IMG/VR virus record: IMGVR_UViG_3300025874_000006
Coordinates: 1 to 64,000 of that record
DNA from: a virus
DNA: 64,000 nucleotides
Direction: 5' to 3' (one strand)
The position numbers and the translations under genes are program-made. Under the pieces are notes generated by a model. That model saw only the letters and a program-made list of their open reading frames with translations. It had not been told where the DNA came from and ran no database searches. Positions 29,209 through 37,092 of this stretch are shown here, one piece after another. Numbering within the stretch: position 1 is the stretch's first letter; every line of letters begins with the position of its first letter.

Positions 29209-29391
29209 TTAACTTCCTCTTGATGCGCCACGAATCATTTTCGTTGCTGCTCGGTTTGTATTATTTATTTTTAAATTGGGGCCTTGCGTCCCCATTGTAC
29301 TAAATTGGTTGTTTTCAAAACTAGTAGACTGTAACTTTTCCTTCTTGGCTTGTGACATCTTTTTGTTACGTGGTTTCTTAGTCTTGCTCAT
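29209..29391 (-). CDS. Small basic protein
   Basis: ORF in operon. Confidence 0.6.
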   Translation of the reverse strand: MSKTKKPRNKKMSQAKKEKLQSTSFENNQFSTMGTQGPNLKINNTNRAATKMIRGASRGS

Positions 29392-29400
29392 AACTAATCC

Positions 29401-29673
29401 TTATGCTAAATCTTTGTCGTGGTTAAGACCACCCTTCTTCTTTTTAACTATGAAGGCGTTTACTCGTGCGTGGCCCCATTGTTGTGGTGTCGTGCCTGGA
29501 CGGTGACCCGTCTTCCATGCTGCGACTCCACGGTTATAAACCTTTTTTAGAGTCTCTGGAGATATACCTGACTTCTTTGCCTTAGAAGCGATACCGTCTG
29601 GGCCTTCTTCCAGATCTAATGTATCATACACTGAATAACGACCTTCGTCAAGGTATTTCTTAAAATTAATCAT
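29401..29673 (-). CDS. Putative internal head protein
   Basis: MINFKKYLDE; KA.KSGI....L..VY.RG.AAW..GHRPG..P.QW..ARVN.F. Confidence 0.8.
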   Translation of the reverse strand: MINFKKYLDEGRYSVYDTLDLEEGPDGIASKAKKSGISPETLKKVYNRGVAAWKTGHRPGTTPQQWGHARVNAFIVKKKKGGLNHDKDLA

Positions 29674-31376
29674 GGTTTCCAATCTCCTAACATATCGTGA
29701 AGTACTTTATCGTCCATACCCGCATATGTCTTGGCGACCTTCTGTGCATAATACTGTGTACCATGACTCAGTTTACCTTGAGAGCCGTTGCTCTTACGGG
29801 TCAGAAGTTTCTTCAAGGTCATCAACGCATGTTGGTATTGTTTTTTGTTCAGGGTCTTAGACTTTATTTTATCCATGAACCCTTCATTAACACCTACGAT
29901 ATTCTCTTCTGCAACACAATCAGGAACTGTCTTATCACCTTTCTTTTTCATACCGACTTGCTTGTAACCGTCCCAACAATCTTCGTCATACATGTCTTTG
30001 AATGACTTGGTATACTTTGATGGTTTGGTCTTAGCGGCCGCATCGCCAGGTGCTGGTTTGTATGCAGAGGAATCGTCATCTGCTTTCTTACCATGCTTTT
30101 TGAAGTGTGCGTCACGTTTAGCTTTCGTGGACTTTGCAAGGCCTTTGTGATAACGAGCCGGTTGAGTACCTTCTCGGTCTTTTATATCGGGGTCTTGTCC
30201 TTCATACTGGATGACTGGACTAGTTGTCTTAAACCCTTTCTTACGCATTATAGTCTTGTTAACCATTTCGAACTCACCGTTCTTATAGTTTACAACGACA
30301 GGTAAATTTAGGTCTGACTGCATATCTTTCAATACCGCCTCAGCATCCCCATGCTGTTTTACACCTTTGCCCTTGTTCTTTGCAATCTTCTTGAACAACC
30401 GTTGAAGTTCCGTTACCTTAATAGCGGGTTTGTTACGGGTATCATTCATACGGTCTGCGAAGTGTCGCGTAAACTCGATGTCGATATTGAACTTCTTCAA
30501 TAGACGGTCACCGAACTTTTCTAAATCGTTAAGTTGCCCTTGGGTCACATCTTCGGAGATTAACTCCACAGATTCTAACCACTTGCGCATCTTCTTGCCT
30601 TCGTTAGTCTCAACGATGACATAGTTTGCACCTAGGATAGATATGGTAGCAATCTCATCACTTTCTTTGATTACTACCACATCCCCTACCTCGAACAATT
30701 CTCCTTGCACGAACTTCTCTCGTGCTTCGGATACTGTCTCAAGTTCTAGGTGATTACGGAATTCACTGGCTTCCTTTAGTCCCATACCCTTACGCACATC
30801 GTTAAACAACTTGCGTGTGTCTGGATTTGACATGGACTTAGGAACACCTTGCGAGAAAGAAACAAAATCATTATTCGTTGCGTTCTCTCTTTGTTTAGAA
30901 GCAGACATGCCTTCAACACCAGTAGCGTCTGGATCTCTCTTACCGGCAGATACCACCTTGATGTTCTTGAAGTTATAAAAACCATGTCTTGCTTTCTGTC
31001 CGTTGTACTTATTCAACAGGACATCAAATTCTGTAATTCTGTCGTCACCAACAACCATAGTTACTGACTTGTAACCTTGATCATATAGTGCGACCATGGC
31101 GTTGATAGCTGTTTTAACAGACTTATCCACCATGATATTCCGTGCATGTTTCGGAAACATTTTTCTTGTGTGTTTGATTTTATCAGAGTACGATAGCGGA
31201 TTCTTCTTTGCGTCTTGTGATTGTGACACAAATACTTTATAGTCCGTTTTACCGGACTTCTTCGCTAAAGTATCCATTACCTTGCCGTGACCAATCGTAG
31301 GAGGATTCATACGACCAAACGTGAAGTATACTTCGCGTTCTTCTTCGACAAGATATTGACTAAAATTCTTGATCAC
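29670..31376 (-). CDS. HIGH-family nucleotidyltransferase (cytidylyltransferase-like), multidomain
   Basis: FTFGRMNPPTIGH, NPL, VG.DR, SAG.RDPD, MSASK. Confidence 0.85.
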   Translation of the reverse strand: MIKNFSQYLVEEEREVYFTFGRMNPPTIGHGKVMDTLAKKSGKTDYKVFVSQSQDAKKNPLSYSDKIKHTRKMFPKHARNIMVDKSVKTAINAMVALYDQGYKSVTMVVGDDRITEFDVLLNKYNGQKARHGFYNFKNIKVVSAGKRDPDATGVEGMSASKQRENATNNDFVSFSQGVPKSMSNPDTRKLFNDVRKGMGLKEASEFRNHLELETVSEAREKFVQGELFEVGDVVVIKESDEIATISILGANYVIVETNEGKKMRKWLESVELISEDVTQGQLNDLEKFGDRLLKKFNIDIEFTRHFADRMNDTRNKPAIKVTELQRLFKKIAKNKGKGVKQHGDAEAVLKDMQSDLNLPVVVNYKNGEFEMVNKTIMRKKGFKTTSPVIQYEGQDPDIKDREGTQPARYHKGLAKSTKAKRDAHFKKHGKKADDDSSAYKPAPGDAAAKTKPSKYTKSFKDMYDEDCWDGYKQVGMKKKGDKTVPDCVAEENIVGVNEGFMDKIKSKTLNKKQYQHALMTLKKLLTRKSNGSQGKLSHGTQYYAQKVAKTYAGMDDKVLHDMLGDWKP

Positions 31377-31741
31377 TTGTTATCGCCTTTAGACCTGTTT
31401 CTTTTGCGTTCGATTTCTTGCTTACGAACAACCTTTACAAGTTTCTTAGCTTGGCGATCTATACGTGCTTGTACCGCAGGTTTTTCGAGTCTCTTCTCTA
31501 TACCCTTCTTACGAGCAACAGACATCTCACCTTTATCCTGACCCTTAGTGATCTTAGAGACCATAGCCTTACGCGCCTGTCGGCGAGCACGCTTCTTTAG
31601 GGTGTCCATAGAGGCGAACTTTCTCTCGGCACGCTTACGTGCCATTGCGATACGAGCTTTATTCTTTTTCATTCGCATCGCCATTTTGCGGCGTTGCTGC
31701 ATATCTAAAACTTCAGATATGAGATCTTTAAATGACAACAT
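31373..31741 (-). CDS. Very basic putative internal head protein
   Basis: MLSFKDLISE; R/K-rich. Confidence 0.75.
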   Translation of the reverse strand: MLSFKDLISEVLDMQQRRKMAMRMKKNKARIAMARKRAERKFASMDTLKKRARRQARKAMVSKITKGQDKGEMSVARKKGIEKRLEKPAVQARIDRQAKKLVKVVRKQEIERKRNRSKGDNK

Positions 31742-31774
31742 GTCATATAATCCTTCTGTTGGTTTATCCCATTA

Positions 31775-32995
31775 TTATCTTCGGGCTGAGTCCCAGCCCT
31801 TTAATATATTAGATGAAAAGTTGTTGTATGAAAATTCCATACGGTCAACCAGTTTCACCGCATCACCACCAAGTGTGTCAATTGCTACATAACCTTCTTC
31901 ACCAGTCACTTTGTAACCATCAGAAGTTTTCACGAAAGTATCAATCGATTTAAGTTTGTCTAAACTATTTATAAGTTTTAATTTGACTAAAACTATTAAT
32001 TTTTGCAATTCGAACATTTTAACTAAGTTTGCACGATTTGAAGCAGAAAAGAACTCCATTTCGTCCGCATACTTCTGTCTCCACGTCTCTTTACCACGTT
32101 CAGACTTCTTACTGTCAATCTCTTTTTTGTAGTAAGCTTGTCTATTACTTATCAATCCGTTAACATGCTTTTTTGAGTCGGGCAGTAATGCACCGGCACG
32201 AACGAAAGAGTTGTTGTATGTCTCAATCGACTGTGCGAGTTTAGGATTATTCTCTAATGCACGTAGAGTTGTTGCAGAGGTTTGTTTGAATAACTTACCA
32301 ATTTGAGTGAGAGTCTTATTAATGTCTTTGGTTTCTTTCTCTGACATGGTGGCTTTGGTCACATCTTTCAACATTGCGTCCTGAGACCATACGTTCCTAG
32401 ATTTTTTTAATTTAGAAACGTCCACTCCATAAGAGGCCTTCATCGATTCAAAGTCGCTCCCAGTATAGGTAGTGTGCCATACTATACCAATCTTTGCATC
32501 ACGAACTTCTTTCCCTTGGTCATACGGTACTGCATATGCAATAGTGTTCGGGTGGAACACACTATACTTTTGTCCATCGATAGTCTTAGTAGACACATCA
32601 CCTTTACCGAACAGGAAGTCTCCCTGAATAACACCCTTGATTCCCAACTCAGGAAGATACCGCAGAGCGTCCTTCAACTTAGCGTTCAGGTCTCCCGAAG
32701 TATCATCATCGATGTCGGCATCTGTCTTGTAGACCTTTGGGTTCTTATTGAAGATACCTTTCTTAGCAACAAAGAACTTACCGTCACTTGGATCAGTACC
32801 GCAGAAGACAGCAGGAGCGCCATCCCACTTTACGGACACACTCCCTTTAGAAGTACCAGCCAACATATCTCGCAGACCCCGAAGAGCAAAGATTGCCTCA
32901 CGGGTTCCTTGGACACCACCATAAAGGACTTTGTCCTCAATGTGAGTCATGTGAGTATTTTTACTCTCCGTTATGAAGTCTGCGAAGTTTTCCAT
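31775..32995 (-). CDS. DUF6267-like protein with ligase-type KxDG motif
   Basis: MENFADFITE; KNTH..H.ED; VKWDGAPA; QGDFLF; EGYV; KLVDR.EFS. Confidence 0.8.
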   Translation of the reverse strand: MENFADFITESKNTHMTHIEDKVLYGGVQGTREAIFALRGLRDMLAGTSKGSVSVKWDGAPAVFCGTDPSDGKFFVAKKGIFNKNPKVYKTDADIDDDTSGDLNAKLKDALRYLPELGIKGVIQGDFLFGKGDVSTKTIDGQKYSVFHPNTIAYAVPYDQGKEVRDAKIGIVWHTTYTGSDFESMKASYGVDVSKLKKSRNVWSQDAMLKDVTKATMSEKETKDINKTLTQIGKLFKQTSATTLRALENNPKLAQSIETYNNSFVRAGALLPDSKKHVNGLISNRQAYYKKEIDSKKSERGKETWRQKYADEMEFFSASNRANLVKMFELQKLIVLVKLKLINSLDKLKSIDTFVKTSDGYKVTGEEGYVAIDTLGGDAVKLVDRMEFSYNNFSSNILKGWDSARR

Positions 32996-33777
32996 TATAC
33001 GTTGTCTACCAAAATTATATCGAATGTTGCGGATACCTGAGTTGCTTGACCAGCAAGCACATCAATCTGGATGTCATGTTTTTCAGGGATTACTAAAGGT
33101 ACTGGATACGAGATATCCAAACTTTGTCCGCCTGCTGCGTTTAGATTCGCCTTGATTCTAAACACACCACCATTAAGAATTTCTCGGCAGAACAAACGAT
33201 ATGTCATTCGTGAGTTGGTCGATGCTTTGTCAGAACCCAAGTGAATACCTAACAAGTACGCGGTCTTTCCAGCCGGTACTGTGTAGATTGCCATCAATGT
33301 CTGACCAAGTCCAGCAATAATCTTTGCTGCGAGTACTGCACCTAAGTTAATCTCAATATCACTTTGGTTTGTGACGGTAGACATTTTAACACGGAACACA
33401 CGAGAGAATATGAGTGTGCCCGTAGCACCAATCTCAATCGTTTCGCTCTGTAGATTATAGTTCTCATCCAGACCGTCTACTATTACTTCTTCTCCGACTT
33501 CAGTTGCAGATGAAACTGAAACTAAACCGTTAGCTGGATATGGATATGCGATAGACCCATCATTACCGTCCCAGATAGTTCCGGCCGTTACGTCTCCATC
33601 GGTCGCACCAAACTTATTGATATGATTGTATCCTGTAAGAGCACCAGCTGCAAGTGGAATGTTACTTGCCGCACCAGAGGTGTTTAGGATGTTACCGTCT
33701 TTGTCCGCAAGCATCACCACTTCGTGGAGGTCTGCGTTGAATAAATTTTGTTGTCTTACTACACTAAATTGTGCCAT
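32995..33777 (-). CDS. Putative virion structural protein
   Basis: INKFG, GLD.NY, GQTLMAIYTVPAGKT; beta-rich. Confidence 0.7.
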   Translation of the reverse strand: MAQFSVVRQQNLFNADLHEVVMLADKDGNILNTSGAASNIPLAAGALTGYNHINKFGATDGDVTAGTIWDGNDGSIAYPYPANGLVSVSSATEVGEEVIVDGLDENYNLQSETIEIGATGTLIFSRVFRVKMSTVTNQSDIEINLGAVLAAKIIAGLGQTLMAIYTVPAGKTAYLLGIHLGSDKASTNSRMTYRLFCREILNGGVFRIKANLNAAGGQSLDISYPVPLVIPEKHDIQIDVLAGQATQVSATFDIILVDNV

Positions 33778-33787
33778 AATTGTTCCC

Positions 33788-34939
33788 CTATAATAGTTTT
33801 TTACCAGTTGCCGGTTTACTCTTATAATCACACATTATGTGCGATGGATAGATTCCACCCTGTTTGTTTCGTATATTTACCTTAAAGTCGAAGTATCGAT
33901 TACTGAATACAATGTCTATTCGCTTACCGTTGCCTTGTTTACCACCGTATTGTATCTCGACATCTCCAGTGATAGTGGCATACTGCGGGTTCTTAGAGTC
34001 AGACATTTCCCAGAAGTACACCTTACCGCCTTCCATGCCGTGAACCATCCAATAATTAGAACCAATACAAGTCTGTAAGAATTTCTTTAACTTTTGTTTA
34101 TCTAATTTTGCCTTGACGTTAGGGAATTTTTTTCTTCCGTAATTGTTAAATACATCACAGAATATATCATCCTCTATACCGAAGGTATCTAATATAGCCT
34201 TGCCCATAGTAGTCTGTATTGACCCAGACTTTATGTCAGACGGAGTAAATATCTGAACAACACCAGCGTTCATGAAAGTCAAAGTACTTGAGAACTTCAA
34301 TGAAAGGTAACTGAACTTTCCGTTAGCGTGTTTTAATGTAATGTCAGTTAACTTTTTACCGTGTTCTGCGTGATTATATGGAGCAATAATCAACTGGTTA
34401 CCTTGCATTTTAATGGGCCGACTTTGGTTCATACCACCTTCCGCAATAACTTCAGTTACCGGAGATCTCATCTCCTCAGCACATCTAACAAGTACCTTCT
34501 CGACTTCTTTTGAATACGTCTTATTACTTTTTAAACCAGACAGTTGTTCGTTCAATACTTCAACGAAGTCTTTCTCAAACTTAATCCCTTTGTTTACTCT
34601 GGTACCGCCAGCAGGTTGACCACCAAACTCTTCGGTCTTCTCCAATTTACCGAGAGACAGTTCGACTCTGGAACTCTGGCCTTGCATCTTACCACCAACT
34701 ATTACCTTCCGTTGATTGGTAGGTAATAGTTTCAGAGCAAGAATCTTGCCAGCAATGTCTACTGGTTCCCCACTAGAGTACTTCGTGTTGTTGATAACAA
34801 CATACTCAGCAACGAGAATGCCGTCATCCGTGACAAAGTTATTAGACTTACCATCCATCTGAAAAACTTTTTGCACGAGAACTTCGGAACGATATTCTCT
34901 ATTTTCTCTCGTTATCTCATTGTATGATAAATTTGCCAT
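33788..34939 (-). CDS. PD-(D/E)xK-like nuclease-fold protein, late
   Basis: G..FE, TDITL...YLSLK; late promoter at 34980-34987. Confidence 0.55.
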   Translation of the reverse strand: MANLSYNEITRENREYRSEVLVQKVFQMDGKSNNFVTDDGILVAEYVVINNTKYSSGEPVDIAGKILALKLLPTNQRKVIVGGKMQGQSSRVELSLGKLEKTEEFGGQPAGGTRVNKGIKFEKDFVEVLNEQLSGLKSNKTYSKEVEKVLVRCAEEMRSPVTEVIAEGGMNQSRPIKMQGNQLIIAPYNHAEHGKKLTDITLKHANGKFSYLSLKFSSTLTFMNAGVVQIFTPSDIKSGSIQTTMGKAILDTFGIEDDIFCDVFNNYGRKKFPNVKAKLDKQKLKKFLQTCIGSNYWMVHGMEGGKVYFWEMSDSKNPQYATITGDVEIQYGGKQGNGKRIDIVFSNRYFDFKVNIRNKQGGIYPSHIMCDYKSKPATGKKLL

Positions 34940-34982
34940 TAACCAGTCCTCTTTACTCTCTATAGAGTATAACAGATACTAT

Positions 34983-35702
34983 TTATATGTCAAGAACATT
35001 TGCACTATTTTCTTCATTATATTGGGCAATAGTGTCGCGAAGTGGACGTACCCAGTTGTCACGATGTTCAATAAACACTTGAGGTTCGTGATTATCAACG
35101 GAGATAATTGTAACGAGTTGAGTGATGGGCATTCCAGTGCGTTCTTCCCACATGATGGAATATGCAGACTCTTGCATGAAGTAGTTCTTAATCCAGTCAA
35201 GACGTTTGGGTTTCATAGAAGTCTTGTAGTCGATGATAGACAATTTACCATCGAAGACGCCTACGCAATCCACACGGCCGGCAACACCCAGATGGGTAGA
35301 GTACAGTGGTGCTTCTTGAGCATGAACGACAGAAAGACGTTCGTCAAGGATTGGTTTAATCTTTAGGAAGGAATCTATTAGGTCAGGAGTACGTTTGGTC
35401 AACTTCTGTTCACCAGTGTCGATATCCATAGCCATGTACTTGTCATAGTCTGGATCGTTGTTGACATACTGTTCACAGATTTCGTGAACCGCAGTACCAC
35501 GCGTAGATGCGCGATAGGAGACACGGTTCGCTTCTTTCTCACCAACACGAGCACGCCATTTAGCAATGGAGTCGCGAGAGAGAATAGAAAGAACAGTAGT
35601 GATAGAAGGTAAGGTGATACCTTCGGGGGTTTCGTATTGACGACCAGTGTCCGTAGTTACGGCAGTCATCTCAGTCAGTTCCACGGGAACATGTTTAAAC
35701 AT
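34983..35702 (-). CDS. PD-(D/E)xK exonuclease (Cas4/RecB-like)
   Basis: PSITTVL, RGT.VH, E, AGRVDC, IDYKTS, YF.Q..AY. Confidence 0.9.
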   Translation of the reverse strand: MFKHVPVELTEMTAVTTDTGRQYETPEGITLPSITTVLSILSRDSIAKWRARVGEKEANRVSYRASTRGTAVHEICEQYVNNDPDYDKYMAMDIDTGEQKLTKRTPDLIDSFLKIKPILDERLSVVHAQEAPLYSTHLGVAGRVDCVGVFDGKLSIIDYKTSMKPKRLDWIKNYFMQESAYSIMWEERTGMPITQLVTIISVDNHEPQVFIEHRDNWVRPLRDTIAQYNEENSANVLDI

Positions 35703-35771
35703 AATATAATCCAATTCAATTTAATATACCCCTATTATAAAGGATTTGAATGGATTTGTCAATAGGTAAAT

Positions 35772-35797
35772 GTGACTAATTTTACTATATTGGTCAA
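35772..35797. promoter_or_regulatory. Operator copy 3 (GTGACT-N14-GGTCAA)
   Basis: 9 bp upstream of TTGACA at 35757-35762. Confidence 0.65.
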
Positions 35798-35801
35798 ATA
35801 A

Positions 35802-35887
35802 GAATCCCCACGAATACGGGGGCTCTTGTAGGGTACTTTATGTCTTGGAGAACCTTAACTTACTGCTCTGGCATTTTTCTCATGCAC
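35802..35887 (-). pseudogene. 3'-half remnant of the structured RNA at 36179-36371
   Basis: Aligns with 36179-36281; lacks one hairpin and the 5' pairing partner. Confidence 0.65.
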
Positions 35888-35985
35888 AAAAAAACCGCCC
35901 AAAAGCGGTTTCTTCGATGTTACTTGTCGGCTAAGCTTTCTACAGCGTCGTGAGACTGGAGGCCGTCCCAGAACTCTCACCAGAT
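35888..35985 (-). ncRNA. Putative ~98-nt small RNA with its own promoter and terminator
   Basis: TTGACT(36020-36015)-N17-TATAAT(35997-35992); GUGAGA/UCUCAC hairpin; terminator AAACCGC-UUUUGG-GCGGUUUUUUU; no ORF. Confidence 0.65.
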
Positions 35986-36016
35986 GCCCTAATTATAGGC
36001 TTTGATAGCAGACGAG

Positions 36017-36079
36017 TCAATCACCGCTGAGAATAGCGGCAGTCATTTCAGTCAAAGGTATAGGGTCGTGTGTAAACAT
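36017..36079 (-). pseudogene. Truncated copy of the exonuclease N-terminus (20 codons)
   Basis: MFTHDPIPLTEMTA versus MFKHVPVELTEMTA. Confidence 0.8.
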
Positions 36080-36148
36080 AATATAATCCAATTCAATTTA
36101 ATATACCCCTATTATAAAGGATTTGAATGGATTTGTCAAGGGTGATAG

Positions 36149-36174
36149 GTGACCAATTTAGGACTGTTGGTCAC
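36149..36174. promoter_or_regulatory. Operator copy 4 (GTGACC-N14-GGTCAC)
   Basis: 9 bp upstream of TTGACA at 36134-36139. Confidence 0.75.
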
Positions 36175-36178
36175 GTAA

Positions 36179-36371
36179 GAATCCCCACGAGTACGGGGCT
36201 CTTTATGGTACTCTTATGGTTTGGTGAACCTTAACTTGCGAGAGGTTTAATTCTCTGCTGCTTGGCATTTTTAACATGCACGTTTTGAGAGATCGCAGTT
36301 ATCAAGTTAGTGCGCAATGTTAGGCGCAATGTTCATCTCTTTTAGTACCGAGCCCCGTACAGTGGGGAAAT
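36179..36371 (-). ncRNA. Putative ~190-nt structured RNA directly 3' of tRNA-Ala
   Basis: Closing helix CCCCAC-U-GUACGGGGCUC / GAGCCCCGUAC-UC-GUGGGG plus nested helices. Confidence 0.7.
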
Positions 36372-36445
36372 TGGTGGAGGAACGGGGAATCGAACCCCGA
36401 TCGACGCCGTGCAAGGGCGCAGTAATCCCGTTATACTATTCCCCC
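36372..36445 (-). tRNA. tRNA-Ala(UGC)
   Basis: Cloverleaf, G3:U70, encoded CCA. Confidence 0.9.
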
Positions 36446-36855
36446 AATAATGCTATTACTTCTTCCTTGTATTTACTATGAAACATTTCATGATGATTTG
36501 GACATAATGGTATAAGGTTATTTATATCATTGTTATGATGGTTCTCATCCATATGATGAACCACCACAATCTTATCAAAACCACATATCCTACATTCTTT
36601 AGGATTATGTCGAAAACATAGAGTTCTATAGTTAGTAGCGTTTTTATTCCAATAGTCTTGTCTATTATTGGCACAACTTCTACTACAGAATTTAGATTCT
36701 GTCACTTTCTTGGTGAGTGCTCTACCGAATACGGTATATGATTCTCCGCACCTAACACAGTCTTTACTATGTTCTTTTTCTTCACCAAATCTTTTATTGT
36801 AAGCAGCTGTTTGTTTTTGTTTATACTCTTCAGTATGATAACGACCATTATTCAT
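36436..36855 (-). CDS. HNH homing endonuclease with zinc finger
   Basis: CVRC, FCSRSC, CRICG...VHHMD.NH.NN...NL..LCPNHH; late promoter at 36883-36890. Confidence 0.9.
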   Translation of the reverse strand: MNNGRYHTEEYKQKQTAAYNKRFGEEKEHSKDCVRCGESYTVFGRALTKKVTESKFCSRSCANNRQDYWNKNATNYRTLCFRHNPKECRICGFDKIVVVHHMDENHHNNDINNLIPLCPNHHEMFHSKYKEEVIALLGE

Positions 36856-36919
36856 AATGCTCTCCTTTGTTAATCACACTAATATTTATAATAAATGCGA
36901 TTTACAAACACTCCTACCT

Positions 36920-37075
36920 CTATACTTTCTTATCTCTATTTATAACCTTCTCTTTCTTAACCGATTCCTCGGTCTTTTTCTTCTTACCAAAGATGTTGTC
37001 CCAGTTATCTCTTCCTTGTTTTGATAACGTCTTAGACTGTATGGCGTCTCCGGTTATATCGTTTCTGCTTACCAT
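36920..37075 (-). CDS. Small conserved phage peptide (51 aa, not in ORF track)
   Basis: MVSRNDITGDAIQSK...NWDNIFGKK. Confidence 0.65.
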   Translation of the reverse strand: MVSRNDITGDAIQSKTLSKQGRDNWDNIFGKKKKTEESVKKEKVINRDKKV

Positions 37076-37092
37076 TCATACACCTTTAGATT

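Larger units (their letters stand above)
35696..36281. repeat. Tandem duplication, period 377 bp (67 bp identical at 35696-35762 and 36073-36139, then diverged homology)
   Basis: Direct alignment by eye. Confidence 0.9.

Noticed and set aside
35915-35950. Solitary CRISPR repeat (RNA anti-CRISPR) within the sRNA
   Set aside because: Only loose resemblance to type I-F repeats; the repeat hairpin is missing, and no array is seen in the window
36179-36371. Retron msr/msd interpretation of the terminal inverted repeats
   Set aside because: No reverse transcriptase in the window and no long msd hairpin
36372-36445. tmRNA (GGGG...UCCACCA ends)
   Set aside because: It is a complete 74-nt tRNA-Ala cloverleaf with no tag-coding region
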